Shown piece after piece: positions 7,838 to 18,522 of a DNA stretch of 64,000 bases. Origin of the DNA: a virus (taxonomy: Duplodnaviria; Caudoviricetes). The position numbers and the translations under genes were made by a program. Where the stretch lies: positions 32,001 through 96,000 of the IMG/VR virus record IMGVR_UViG_3300037851_000141; one strand, written 5' to 3'. Within the stretch, counting starts at the first letter, position 1. Each line of letters opens with the position of its first letter. The notes beneath the pieces were generated by a model. The model was not told the DNA's origin and did not search any database. It worked only from the letters and a program-made list of their open reading frames with translations.

Positions 7838-9255
7838 CCCTCCTTAGTGACACTCGTAGCTTGAGGAAGATTGTTTTTCTTATTACCAACATCAGGCTCA
7901 TAGATATTGAAGAATGAATCCTTAACTAATACATATTTACGATAACCTTTACCATAATTTACAACATCAACAACGTCCTCAACTAACCATCCACCACTCA
8001 TTTGTTCATCTAATAAATGCTGTTGACCTTGTAAAAATGAAGTCATACCAGACATAAATGATATAAACACAACATCTCCAACCTCAATTTCTTCATTTAT
8101 CATAGTCATTGCCATACAGCGTACTTGATTTTGATGTTCAGTTATTCTATTATTTAAGTAATTTCTACCAACTGTTTCTGGTAATGAACCCAAATAATAT
8201 GCTTTTGACTTCCAATCTGAAATAGAATCTGACCATATAGCAAAGTTTGTAAAATACTTATTATTCTTATTTGAGTTTGTATAAGTGTCATGTAATGTAT
8301 AATATCCGTTAGAATAATCATAGTTGTATAAGGTTCCACCAGCAAGACCAGATGAAACCGTTGTCAGATCATATGTCAAGAACTTATAGTAATATATTGT
8401 GTTTATATTTCTGGTTGAGAATGGTAGAGATACGCCAGCCTCATATTGTTTAAGCGTAGATTCATCAACTAAAGAATACTCAAATATCTTGTCTCTATTA
8501 GGTTTTTTATACATACCTAATATACTCTTCAAGTTGATATTGATTAGCCCTGTTTCTGGATTGCTACTGGTAAATAACTTCACATTACCATTATTTTCAG
8601 AGTCACGGGCATATTCCAACAAGTACTTAAAGAATTGCTGTGGTCGCCAATTAGGACATGATACACGGAATACATTTTTAGTCATCTCATGAAAATCTAT
8701 ATTGAATATCTTTTCATTTATCTTTACATCATCTAACAACACTGATTCTATTATTTCATTTATCTTTGGCGCTTCTATAACACCATTACCTAAATCTTTA
8801 CCGAAGACTCTCTGAATATTGAACTTATTATATTTAAGAAAGAATGGTGCCTCAATTATATGAAACTTTAGACCTTTATATGTAAATCGTTCGTCTTTTG
8901 ATGATGCTGGTTTAAGTTGTATTTCTTCTATGTTTACGATATTGAAATGAATAAGTCTACCAGTAATTGAAGTTTCGGATCCTGTTATAGTATTCTTATA
9001 TAAAACAGTTAATATTTCATTACCAGTTAAGGGCAGGGTTTCGCGTATACCTATATTATCTTGGAATGTTATTGTTCCATATCTATACATTGAATTGATT
9101 GATGAATACACTTCCATTGATATTGGTTTACCCATGGAGTTTGAAGCACTAAATAAGTCTTCTGGAGATTTCTTATCATCAAAATCTGGACCATGATTGA
9201 GATATACAGAGATGTTTACTTCATCAACATGTGGGCTGCCATCGGTATTTGCCAT
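7834..9255 (-). CDS. Baseplate hub protein, gp27-like
   Basis: MEVYSSINSMYRYGTITFQDNIGIRETLPLTGNEILTV motif; C-terminal IEVGDVVFI...MSGGWLVEDV; adjacent to gp53. Confidence 0.65.
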   Translation of the reverse strand: MANTDGSPHVDEVNISVYLNHGPDFDDKKSPEDLFSASNSMGKPISMEVYSSINSMYRYGTITFQDNIGIRETLPLTGNEILTVLYKNTITGSETSITGRLIHFNIVNIEEIQLKPASSKDERFTYKGLKFHIIEAPFFLKYNKFNIQRVFGKDLGNGVIEAPKINEIIESVLLDDVKINEKIFNIDFHEMTKNVFRVSCPNWRPQQFFKYLLEYARDSENNGNVKLFTSSNPETGLININLKSILGMYKKPNRDKIFEYSLVDESTLKQYEAGVSLPFSTRNINTIYYYKFLTYDLTTVSSGLAGGTLYNYDYSNGYYTLHDTYTNSNKNNKYFTNFAIWSDSISDWKSKAYYLGSLPETVGRNYLNNRITEHQNQVRCMAMTMINEEIEVGDVVFISFMSGMTSFLQGQQHLLDEQMSGGWLVEDVVDVVNYGKGYRKYVLVKDSFFNIYEPDVGNKKNNLPQATSVTKEG

Positions 9256-9671
9256 TATTCACCCTCGAATCTGTCTATCTGTTGATCCTTTTGCCTATCG
9301 TTGATTATCTTTTGTTGACGCGCCAATAATAAGAGTTGGTTTATATATTCTGGTTTAAGAACTTGTAATTGCGATATGCCAGAGTTTTGTAGTTCATTTT
9401 CAAGACCAAGGAATGGATCTTCTAAGTCATTGAAAAGAGGTATAACCCACCATAAACGATCATCACCATAATAATCTCTTGCTAATCCAACCCAGGTATC
9501 GCCAACTGAAACCTTGTGCATCTGAAAATATCTTAACTCGTTTTTCTTAAATTGACCAATAACAACAGCATCCCATATATCTAATGAATAGTTTGGATTT
9601 TGAGGTTTATCGTAAACTATTTCCTTGAACAGATTTATGAAACTCGTTGGAGGTACGTTTGAGAATGGCAT
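9255..9671 (-). CDS. gp53: Baseplate wedge subunit gp53-like (LysM-like fold)
   Basis: HKVSVGDTWVGLARDYYGDDRLWWVIPLFNDLEDPF. Confidence 0.85.
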   Translation of the reverse strand: MPFSNVPPTSFINLFKEIVYDKPQNPNYSLDIWDAVVIGQFKKNELRYFQMHKVSVGDTWVGLARDYYGDDRLWWVIPLFNDLEDPFLGLENELQNSGISQLQVLKPEYINQLLLLARQQKIINDRQKDQQIDRFEGE

Positions 9672-9673
9672 TG

Positions 9674-12600
9674 CTATAACCTCTTACCTGTTACCGGGTC
9701 ATATCTGCCAGTGACATTATCTTTGGCGAACAATGGAGGATTTACGCTTGATTCAGTTGCTTCGGCGGCGGTTGATGCTTTTACATTAGGATTGGTATAG
9801 CTTGTTGATTGAGAAATAGAAGTTATATCACCAGCATTTAATCCAACTGGTGTTCTTAATATACTACCATTTGGCGTTATGAGTCTACCTTGACCAGTTT
9901 GCTTGACTGAAACATTAATAAGGTCTTGAGGATTTGTTGCGCCGTTAAACATCTGCATCCAGTCATCTCGGAAGAATGGTAATGCGTTTCTAACAGTAAT
10001 TGAACATTCTGCTATAGACGGGTATGCCGCAATTTGTTTAAGAGATGGGTCGTTTACGGCAGCATCGAGTTTAGGATTAGCTGAATATCCATTTGATGAA
10101 TTGCTTGATTCTGTTGGTAGACTAAATATTTTCTTAATATCGTCTAATGCCGCACCCCAAGTTTGTAATCCTCGACTTATAGAAGAACCGACCACTTTTT
10201 CTAATTGACCGCTTGTTGAAAAGTTATTGAACGGTTTACCATCATAATTATACCATGGACCCTTGAACTCATATTTTATATTTTTTATAAAGCACATAGG
10301 GAAGTATATTATACCAGAAGCGTGTCTCATACTCATATATTCTGGACGTTTGGTTACGAAGTATCTTAATGGCCCATATCCACCTAAACGACCTGCTTTA
10401 TTTTCAATTTCATTTATTTTAGCATCAGGAAAATTTTCTTTAGCTTTATCTAATAAATTCAAGGCATTAGACCTAAACACACCTTCTGGTAATGATTTTG
10501 TTATTTTCTCCAATTGTCCAATAGAGTTCTTAATATCAGTAGCAATATTGCCTCCAAGTAGTCGTTTTGGATATGTCATAGCAGTCAATAACATAAGCGG
10601 CCGATATATGTCTTCCAGGAATCCACTCTTTGTAAATAACACGAATGGAATTGTTATTTCAAGTTTATCTGTACTTTGGTATGTATCTATTGTATCAATT
10701 CTGCGATTAATACCTTGAGCAAAAGACTGTTCTGATCCAGCAGTAAATGAATCACCCACGTTATTAAATAAAGAAGTTAAAGCTTGGACCGTATCAACAA
10801 CACCAAGTACACTATCCGCCATATTAGCAATTTTAGAAAGATTATCGCTACCCCAAGAGTGATTATGAGCTAAATTTAACCAGTCAGAATTATTAGGATA
10901 TACAGTAAACGTTCCTAAAAGATTTGTGCCTTGATCTTGGACTACGTTAGTAACCAAAGTACCATCTTGACTTTGTACTGCTTTGGTTGCTGGTGGATTC
11001 AACTCAAATAGGTTAAAGTGGACGGCATCTCTGGCAATGGAATCTGATGATCTTGGACCATACGGGCTATAACCATTACGAATATGAAAATCGGATATTG
11101 CCTTCAATGATGGTAATTGGAAGTAGAATGGAGCATGATTATTTAGTCCCTCAAATCCGGTTGTTCTTCTTCCAACATTAGCATCAACTGAGGATACAGC
11201 AGCATTTCCACCTTGACTTGGAGATGGACCAGCACCCTGTAATGTTATTGCTTTGGCTGCGTCAAGTTCTTCATCGGTCATTCCGGCCGCTCTCAACATT
11301 TCTTCGCCATTTGGAGAGTCATTTGCCATTTCATATATTCTTTGATTTGATTGTTGTAACTCATCCCGCGCCGATTTCCATTCTGTATTGGCAACATTAA
11401 CTGCTTCTTGGTCAGCGGAATCCCAATTAGCCGGTACGGAACAGTCTTTATCCCCACCAGAAGCAGCACAACGAGAAATTGCGTTATCTCTTGCCCAATT
11501 AAGTCTATCTCTTGCCAAATCTTCTTTTTCTTGGGATACATATTGTTGTTGTAAACTTACTTGAGCCTCTTCAAACGTAACTGGTTCTGAAACTGGTCGA
11601 GCCTCAATTTGGAAGTTGGTTGTTGCTGTATTTATTTCGGCTTGTTTTTGAGCTTCCAGAGTGCTAAGAGTTCTTTGATATTCGCTATCTATTTGGGACA
11701 ATTCTTCGTTACTATCTTTTAATAATTCTTCTTGTTCTTTTTTAGCTGATTCTAATAGTTGTATATCTTCTTGATTTTGTTTTTTTGCTCTATATTTTTC
11801 TAAGGGGGTTTTAGTTTCATCCTCGTCAATTTTAGCATTGGCTGCGTTTAGGGCATCAATATTAGCTTGAATAGAATCAATTTCATTTTGTCTTTCTGTA
11901 TTGTAGGCATATATTTCATATTCTTTAGCTGCTCTGGCAGATTGATATGCTATTCCTGCGTCTGTTTGTTTTTGCTGATACTCGGAATCAATACCAGCTA
12001 TTTGTTGTTGATAGTCAGCTTGCTCGGTTGATAAATCATATACTGGACGAACATATGAATATCTTTGATTTCTTAAGCCTTCTTGGTCAAGCGCATCTGA
12101 ATCAACCCAGGTTCCGGTATAAGTATCAAATAATTGGCCTGGATCGTCTTTAGCACCAGATTTCCATTGGTTATACTCATTTTCATCAACTACACCATAA
12201 TCTATATGAGAGTTTGATGGTGATGGGTTAGTTTCATTAATAATAGTTGTAGAAGAATCGGTTTGGATGACATCTTGTTTGGTGTTTATTGATTTTTGTT
12301 CTTCTATCCATTGACGTTCTTTTGTTTTAACGACAGTATCAGCTTGGGAGTATGACTGATAAGCTGAGTTTCTTGCTTGAGTATATTCATATATTTTTGC
12401 TGGATCTGGAGTTGGTCTATTTTGTTCTTGAGTTATGAGGTTATTATATGTTTGATATTGTGTTATTGCCGTGGAACGCTGTGATTTAGCTGTATTGAGT
12501 TCTGATCTTGTTTTAGTAGCTCTGGCGACGTTTATTTGTTCCAGTTCTTGACGATCTAGTTCTTGGAGGGTTTGTTTTCTTATATTTCTATCATCTATTT

Positions 12601-13498
12601 CTTTTTGATTTGTATTTAATTGATTTTGTAATTCTGCTATACGTTGTTGACGAAGTGATATTGATTGTGGTGTTGAATCTTGGTATGCTTCGGCATTTTC
12701 TCTTTCTATGTCATTTTGTAAAGTTTTATTAGTATTTTGATACTCCAATATCTCACTATCTATAATATTATACGTTTGTTGACGTTGATTTTTTCGTTCT
12801 TCAAGGGTCAACAAAGCTATAGCCGATTCATTTTGTGTTATATTATCTTGTCTATAACTTCCTTGTATATTATCTGGCCATTCATCGGGAGTTTTGACTA
12901 ATCCAGACTCAAGAACTAATGTACCGTCATCTATTAATGGTGTTTTACTTTGAGAGCGGAGGGTTGTATTATAAGAATTGAGTTTAATAGTTTCTAATTG
13001 ATATTCTGAGCGTTTTGAGAGGATATTAGTTGTTAAAGTTTCATTATCAGCAATTAGTAGATTTAGTTCAGTGGTTTCTTCTGGAGTGAGTGTTTCTTTA
13101 GATTGTAATATATCTATTTGTATTTGATTATTTTGTTTTTCAGTAGTTAGGATTACTATTTCTTGTTTTAATGTGAATCGATTTTGTACTGATAAGACGG
13201 CATATGCTTCGGGAGTATCTGTTTCTACTGGAGTTGAATAAACTGGAAGTGGTTCATCTTCTGGTGGTACAGTTGCGAGATATTGAGTTCTATATTCTTG
13301 ATAATAGGTATTGGCATCTTCTGGTCTTGATCCTGGAGAATTTAAGGTATTCCATTCTCTGATTTCGGAAGATGTAAGTGGCGTATTATTGCTTAGTTTA
13401 CTTCTCAATTCGTTATATCTAGCTTGACGAGTCTCATAAACAGACTGCCAGTATATCATTTGATCTGCTAAGGTTGGATCGCCAGTAAGTGCCGTCAT
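9674..13498 (-). CDS. Long coiled-coil protein fused to a gp48/gp54-like tail tube initiator domain (1274 aa)
   Basis: aa 1-~780 are Q/E/N/T-rich and helical. The C-terminal part (TYQSTDKLEITIPFVLF...IYRPLMLLTAMTYPK...PEYMSMR...FPMCFIKNIKYEFKG) resembles gp48-family tube-like domains. Confidence 0.6.
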   Translation of the reverse strand: MTALTGDPTLADQMIYWQSVYETRQARYNELRSKLSNNTPLTSSEIREWNTLNSPGSRPEDANTYYQEYRTQYLATVPPEDEPLPVYSTPVETDTPEAYAVLSVQNRFTLKQEIVILTTEKQNNQIQIDILQSKETLTPEETTELNLLIADNETLTTNILSKRSEYQLETIKLNSYNTTLRSQSKTPLIDDGTLVLESGLVKTPDEWPDNIQGSYRQDNITQNESAIALLTLEERKNQRQQTYNIIDSEILEYQNTNKTLQNDIERENAEAYQDSTPQSISLRQQRIAELQNQLNTNQKEIDDRNIRKQTLQELDRQELEQINVARATKTRSELNTAKSQRSTAITQYQTYNNLITQEQNRPTPDPAKIYEYTQARNSAYQSYSQADTVVKTKERQWIEEQKSINTKQDVIQTDSSTTIINETNPSPSNSHIDYGVVDENEYNQWKSGAKDDPGQLFDTYTGTWVDSDALDQEGLRNQRYSYVRPVYDLSTEQADYQQQIAGIDSEYQQKQTDAGIAYQSARAAKEYEIYAYNTERQNEIDSIQANIDALNAANAKIDEDETKTPLEKYRAKKQNQEDIQLLESAKKEQEELLKDSNEELSQIDSEYQRTLSTLEAQKQAEINTATTNFQIEARPVSEPVTFEEAQVSLQQQYVSQEKEDLARDRLNWARDNAISRCAASGGDKDCSVPANWDSADQEAVNVANTEWKSARDELQQSNQRIYEMANDSPNGEEMLRAAGMTDEELDAAKAITLQGAGPSPSQGGNAAVSSVDANVGRRTTGFEGLNNHAPFYFQLPSLKAISDFHIRNGYSPYGPRSSDSIARDAVHFNLFELNPPATKAVQSQDGTLVTNVVQDQGTNLLGTFTVYPNNSDWLNLAHNHSWGSDNLSKIANMADSVLGVVDTVQALTSLFNNVGDSFTAGSEQSFAQGINRRIDTIDTYQSTDKLEITIPFVLFTKSGFLEDIYRPLMLLTAMTYPKRLLGGNIATDIKNSIGQLEKITKSLPEGVFRSNALNLLDKAKENFPDAKINEIENKAGRLGGYGPLRYFVTKRPEYMSMRHASGIIYFPMCFIKNIKYEFKGPWYNYDGKPFNNFSTSGQLEKVVGSSISRGLQTWGAALDDIKKIFSLPTESSNSSNGYSANPKLDAAVNDPSLKQIAAYPSIAECSITVRNALPFFRDDWMQMFNGATNPQDLINVSVKQTGQGRLITPNGSILRTPVGLNAGDITSISQSTSYTNPNVKASTAAEATESSVNPPLFAKDNVTGRYDPVTGKRL

Positions 13499-13516
13499 TT
13501 TATAGTGTCCCTATGT

Positions 13517-13524
13517 TATTTATA
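13517..13524 (-). promoter_or_regulatory. T4-type late promoter TATAAATA
   Basis: Perfect match upstream of the 1274-aa gene. Confidence 0.8.
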
Positions 13525-15805
13525 GTGTTAAAAGCGATTTTGATAGCTGTTTCATGGTATATAATTCGCACGTTTCGCTTTGTATCTTATTTGGAGTTAT
13601 GTTGATGATATTTTGTTTTATTTTCTTATTTTCTCTCCGTTTCTTTAAGGCATCTAAGTCAATATCTATATTTTTTAGGTTTTCTTTTATAAACTTAGAC
13701 GACTCATCATTAAGTTTAGACACGAAGTTATCTGCTGGATTGACGACGCCCCCCATTTCTAATTTTGGTATTGATTGAGTTTCATATATATTATCTGATG
13801 GGTCGAATTGTAAAGCAGCATCCCATTCTTTTCTATCTCTTAACCCGGCACCAGTATAATAACCAGATGGATCGAACAATCTGGCAGTTTCATTAGCTGA
13901 TTTGATAAGAATATCCATAAATACGGTTTTGGTATCATGTTCCATTTGTGGAGTAAAATCAATTATCTGTTTAGAACGCTCAATACTATCTTTAAGATTA
14001 TTCAAGTATTTGTTTAATGAGTACTGAGTCAACACCTTATTTTTATTCATATTTTTTATTTGAGATGTTCTTAATGTTGTCAATTGTTCTTTAAACCGAT
14101 CTTGATTATTTTTTATTTCTAATTCAATATCTTTAAACGCTTCGGTGTTAACATCTATTGCGCCTGAATCTATTGTAAACTTTGCCACTTGTAATTGTTT
14201 TAATCTATCTTGATATAAATTAAGAGCGACTATATTTATTGGATCAAGTTTACCTTTTTTAATATCTTTACCCATAGATATGCCAATTAAAATATTTTCA
14301 TTAAGTTCTTTTTCAGTTAAATTCATAAATACAGACTTAAACTTTTCTCTCATTGATTCTCTTATTTGTTCTCTTGAGAATTTAGTTGTATCTATTAATG
14401 TATATTGTTGAGCTATTAGTTGTCGAGATAATGATGTTTCAGTCTCTTTAATATAAACATCAATTTTTTTGCTAATCTCTTCCGGTCTTAAACTTTCATT
14501 GAGTCTAGCTATTAGTTGTTTGCGGATCCAGTCGCCTATATCTGTATTTTTAAGTAATGGTGATGATTCTATAACATCAATAAGATATCTTTTTACACCC
14601 TTTTCTCCAACCGTCTTCGAGAAATCAAATATAGATTGTAAAATATTTTTAGTTACATCTATGGCGCTGCTCCCGTTTGTTTTAATCCAATTGTATGTTC
14701 CAATGATTATATTTTTTGTTTTTTCAATATTTTCTTTACCAAATATATCATTAAGCGTATTTTTTGTAAACGCTCCTAATGTTTCTAATAACCCTGAAAA
14801 ATCAAATAAGTTGGTGTTTACAATATTTTTATTAACCCAATCCAGAACATATTCAACACCACTCCAAATATATTTTTTAATCAAGATAACTGGTTTATGT
14901 ATCTCATTGATAGATTTTACAAATATATTTAATGATGTTGATATAAACTTAGTCAGACCATTAAGAATCGGTTCCATTAACATAAGTAATGCTGGAACCA
15001 TAATAAGTAATGATAATGGGTTTGTTAATGTGTTTATAAAAAGTTTAGTCATCCAACGCCCGAATACCATTACACCAGAACCTAATATATCAACGGCACT
15101 CTTTATAACAGTCCAACCAACTCCAAATATGGTTTTAATGCCTTTCCAAACATATGATAATGCTGCTGTACCTACACTCCAAAACCATTTTAACGGAGTT
15201 ATAATACTATAGTTAAGAATAAATCCAAGAGTTTTTATTGATGCCGAAATAACTTGTATTGGTATAGATAAAAGAATATTAGTAATTTTAGTGCCGTAGA
15301 TTTTAATAGTTGATAACACATTTTTGGTTATAACTAAAGAAGCATTTATGACTTTGGCGACCATTTTAAACGAGAAGTTGGTTAATATTCTTCCAAGCCC
15401 CATAGTCCAAGTTGTTATTAATTTTAGTCCCGTTTTAATCTCTCTTGCGTATTTAAGACAACTCGAACTTTTAATAATTGTTTCTTGTTTTTCTTTTATT
15501 CTAATAGATATTTGTTCTAATTCATTTTTTATCTTTGGCAATGTAAAAATTTGATTTATAATAAAATTGTTTTCTTGGAGTTGTTTTTCATTTTTCTTTT
15601 GTTCAACTGTTATATTTGGTGTTGATATATTTTGTTCAGCAGATTTAGCTATTTCAGAATTTTCTTTATCCATATTTTGTAATTGACTATATACGTCAGT
15701 TACTTTTTTCTCAACATTGGTATTTGATTCTTTCATTTTAGAATCAACCAGTTCTCGTATCTCTTCTGAAAAAGTCTTAACTAAGGAAGTATAGTCAGTT
15801 GCCAT
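13520..15805 (-). CDS. Tape-measure-like protein 2 (761 aa)
   Basis: Helical termini, central Trp/Gly hydrophobic repeats, PKLEMGGVV motif; position downstream of tube and chaperones. Confidence 0.6.
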   Translation of the reverse strand: MATDYTSLVKTFSEEIRELVDSKMKESNTNVEKKVTDVYSQLQNMDKENSEIAKSAEQNISTPNITVEQKKNEKQLQENNFIINQIFTLPKIKNELEQISIRIKEKQETIIKSSSCLKYAREIKTGLKLITTWTMGLGRILTNFSFKMVAKVINASLVITKNVLSTIKIYGTKITNILLSIPIQVISASIKTLGFILNYSIITPLKWFWSVGTAALSYVWKGIKTIFGVGWTVIKSAVDILGSGVMVFGRWMTKLFINTLTNPLSLLIMVPALLMLMEPILNGLTKFISTSLNIFVKSINEIHKPVILIKKYIWSGVEYVLDWVNKNIVNTNLFDFSGLLETLGAFTKNTLNDIFGKENIEKTKNIIIGTYNWIKTNGSSAIDVTKNILQSIFDFSKTVGEKGVKRYLIDVIESSPLLKNTDIGDWIRKQLIARLNESLRPEEISKKIDVYIKETETSLSRQLIAQQYTLIDTTKFSREQIRESMREKFKSVFMNLTEKELNENILIGISMGKDIKKGKLDPINIVALNLYQDRLKQLQVAKFTIDSGAIDVNTEAFKDIELEIKNNQDRFKEQLTTLRTSQIKNMNKNKVLTQYSLNKYLNNLKDSIERSKQIIDFTPQMEHDTKTVFMDILIKSANETARLFDPSGYYTGAGLRDRKEWDAALQFDPSDNIYETQSIPKLEMGGVVNPADNFVSKLNDESSKFIKENLKNIDIDLDALKKRRENKKIKQNIINITPNKIQSETCELYTMKQLSKSLLTL

Positions 15806-15808
15806 ATA

Positions 15809-18271
15809 TTATCCAAGTACCAGGAGTCCTTTAGAAATATTACTTAAATCAAACAGAGTATCATCTGCTTGCTGGATACTGATGCCTCCCATTGTATTTA
15901 TCACATTTGGAGTTTCTTGTTCAATTTCGCTTTCATATTCATCAAATTTCTCAATCATAGAATTATATACAAATGAGATGCCATCTTTATTAATAGGAAT
16001 AACAACTTCTGGGTCTGGGCCTTCACCAATAACCGCTAATGTTGCTCCAAAAACAACCCCACCGTCAGCCATTCCAGGTGTACTATTATTTACCATAGTC
16101 TTTATTATTGATTGGTTATACATCGTTAGTAATGTGCTAGGAACTTTACCACCTTTATTTTCAATCTCGGTTATTATATTTTTTAGATATTCTTGTCGTT
16201 TTTTATTATCAAATGAACTATAATATCCAATCATATTTGATGTAAACGTTTGTCTTAAATAATTTATATCTGCCATATTTGAACCAACAGTTAGTGCTGT
16301 GTTAAATAAAGTTTTATTCAAATCAGATATGTTCTGTAAATAGTCAATATCAAAATTTTTCAAATCCATCTGAACATAGCCAAAAATCAAATTACTCAAT
16401 CTATTTGATTCCGATTTGTGATCTTTTAATATTTCATCTCTATTTTTATCAGACGTAACTAATAATTTTTTTATGTTTATTTTTGATATTCTGACCATAT
16501 CCTCTGTTATATTATCCGCTTTTAAATCATCCATAATCTTTTTTATATTAGTTATTTCATGATTAATTGCGGCTTGATCAACTTGTATATCTAATTTCAT
16601 TGTCTTTAATTTATCTGATCTTATGTCCAATATAGCATCTATAAAATCACCAGCATCACGTTTAATTTCACCTATAACATTATCGTCTTTAATTTTATCC
16701 TTTTTAGCTTGTATATATGAATCAGTAAATCTGTTTAAATCAATTCTAATGTTATCTTTATTATCTTTTGTTATTGTGTTATTATATTTTGCTTCTACAA
16801 TATCGAGTATTTCTATTTGTAAATTTCTATTAAAAAAATCTATTTCTTTATCGTTAAGTAATGATTGTGCTGATTTCATTGTTCTTTGACGTTCTCTTTC
16901 TACACCATAACCAGTACCGTATTTAAAAATGTTATAAAATATTTGTATAAAAGAAAAAGCATCTGATACAAAACTCTTAATCTTATCTATTGGTAATAAT
17001 TTTATAATATCATTCTTAATATATGAAATAAAATCTGTTATCTTAGGTAAAAATTCAACAATAACATCACGAATAGAACTATATGACACACCAATTATAT
17101 TAACAAACTCCTGAGTAAACCAATTATTTATTATAGGTGAACTTTTTATGATGTCAAATGTTGATTGTAATGATGCTTTGATGAAATCCCATTTTTCATT
17201 ACCCCAACCCATTACAGATGAAAATGTCTTGCCTGTGAAATCGAAAGCCTTCTTAATCGGTTCCATAAATAATTGAAATGCTGGTGATATAACATCATTC
17301 ATAAACTTATCAAAAATATTCTCTTTATCTTTATTAAACCAATACTTCAAAGCAAAAATACCAACACCAACAAGTATAGGATTAGAAATAATATCCAAAA
17401 ATATATCAAGTAAAAACGACCCAGCCTTTTTACCAATGTCTAAAATAGTTGTAAATACCCCAGCTACAACATTCCATCCAATCTGAGCCAACCCTTTAAA
17501 CGTCTTCCACATAAAATCAATGGCAAAAAATCCAACTTTGGCAACCCACTCAAATATCTTCCATCCAATTGTACCTAAGAACTTCAACCCACTAAATAAT
17601 ACACCACCAAATGAACCAAAAAACCACATAACTCGACCAAAGGTGTTGTCCATAAAATCAGAAACTTTATCACCTAAACTTGATAATAATCCTGATAATG
17701 ACTTATATACTTTTCCTTTATCAGCTAAAAAATGAATTATACTATTTACAACTTTACCATCTCCAGAAAACCATTTACCAAAAGATTTAATACTCTTAAC
17801 TGTAAAAGAAATCGTTATACACGCTAATTCCATCTTAGAAATAGCAACATCAAACACCGATTTATTCTTTTCTTCAGCCTTTTCTATTTTGTCAACAATT
17901 TCGGTTTCGGCTTTTTCAGCATTATCCTTTATAGACTCTCTTTGTTGCTTTAATCTTTTAGTTGTACGAGTATATAATGAGAATAATTTTTTAGAAACAT
18001 CTCCTGTCTTTTTTACAATAACCGCTAAATGTTCAACCAAATTAGTCGTCTTAATACTCGTATCTATTGTTTTAGTAGTTAATATTCGAAAAGCATTATT
18101 GACCTTATCTAAATTGTTCTTAAATGAATTATCAACATATGTTCTTAATTTACCTAAAGTCAACTCAATATCCGGTCCTAAAGTCTGATTAGAATCATTC
18201 AATCCAGGTATCGGAGTTGCCGTCCCTTTTATTAGTCGTTCATATGGTGATAAGGTTTCTTCGCCTGCCAT
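15809..18271 (-). CDS. Tape-measure-like protein 1 (820 aa)
   Basis: Central W-spaced amphipathic repeats; PGMADGGVVFGATLAVIGEGPDPEVVIP is the typical TMP C-terminal motif. Confidence 0.7.
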   Translation of the reverse strand: MAGEETLSPYERLIKGTATPIPGLNDSNQTLGPDIELTLGKLRTYVDNSFKNNLDKVNNAFRILTTKTIDTSIKTTNLVEHLAVIVKKTGDVSKKLFSLYTRTTKRLKQQRESIKDNAEKAETEIVDKIEKAEEKNKSVFDVAISKMELACITISFTVKSIKSFGKWFSGDGKVVNSIIHFLADKGKVYKSLSGLLSSLGDKVSDFMDNTFGRVMWFFGSFGGVLFSGLKFLGTIGWKIFEWVAKVGFFAIDFMWKTFKGLAQIGWNVVAGVFTTILDIGKKAGSFLLDIFLDIISNPILVGVGIFALKYWFNKDKENIFDKFMNDVISPAFQLFMEPIKKAFDFTGKTFSSVMGWGNEKWDFIKASLQSTFDIIKSSPIINNWFTQEFVNIIGVSYSSIRDVIVEFLPKITDFISYIKNDIIKLLPIDKIKSFVSDAFSFIQIFYNIFKYGTGYGVERERQRTMKSAQSLLNDKEIDFFNRNLQIEILDIVEAKYNNTITKDNKDNIRIDLNRFTDSYIQAKKDKIKDDNVIGEIKRDAGDFIDAILDIRSDKLKTMKLDIQVDQAAINHEITNIKKIMDDLKADNITEDMVRISKINIKKLLVTSDKNRDEILKDHKSESNRLSNLIFGYVQMDLKNFDIDYLQNISDLNKTLFNTALTVGSNMADINYLRQTFTSNMIGYYSSFDNKKRQEYLKNIITEIENKGGKVPSTLLTMYNQSIIKTMVNNSTPGMADGGVVFGATLAVIGEGPDPEVVIPINKDGISFVYNSMIEKFDEYESEIEQETPNVINTMGGISIQQADDTLFDLSNISKGLLVLG

Positions 18272-18273
18272 GG

Positions 18274-18522
18274 TTATTTACGACCAGTGAGAATCTTAAA
18301 GAGTTGTTCTATATGTACTCTGGCAAATTCAATCAAACTCTTTGTCATCTCTTGTTTCTGGGTCTGTTTCTCCGTATATATCTTCTTAAAGTTATATATA
18401 AAGAAAGGTAGCTCATCTGCTGACATATTTTCTACATCGGATAGCTGAATCCCACCTTCGGAGTAAACAACAAGTTCGATGGCATTGTTCATTAAGTTCG
18501 CATAATGAGTCGATGCCATCAC
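18274..18522 (-). CDS. gp51-like hub/tail assembly chaperone; may be translated as a -1 frameshift extension
   Basis: LSDVENMSADELPFFI resembles gp51/TAC-T; GTG start with no visible SD sequence. Confidence 0.65.
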   Translation of the reverse strand: MMASTHYANLMNNAIELVVYSEGGIQLSDVENMSADELPFFIYNFKKIYTEKQTQKQEMTKSLIEFARVHIEQLFKILTGRK

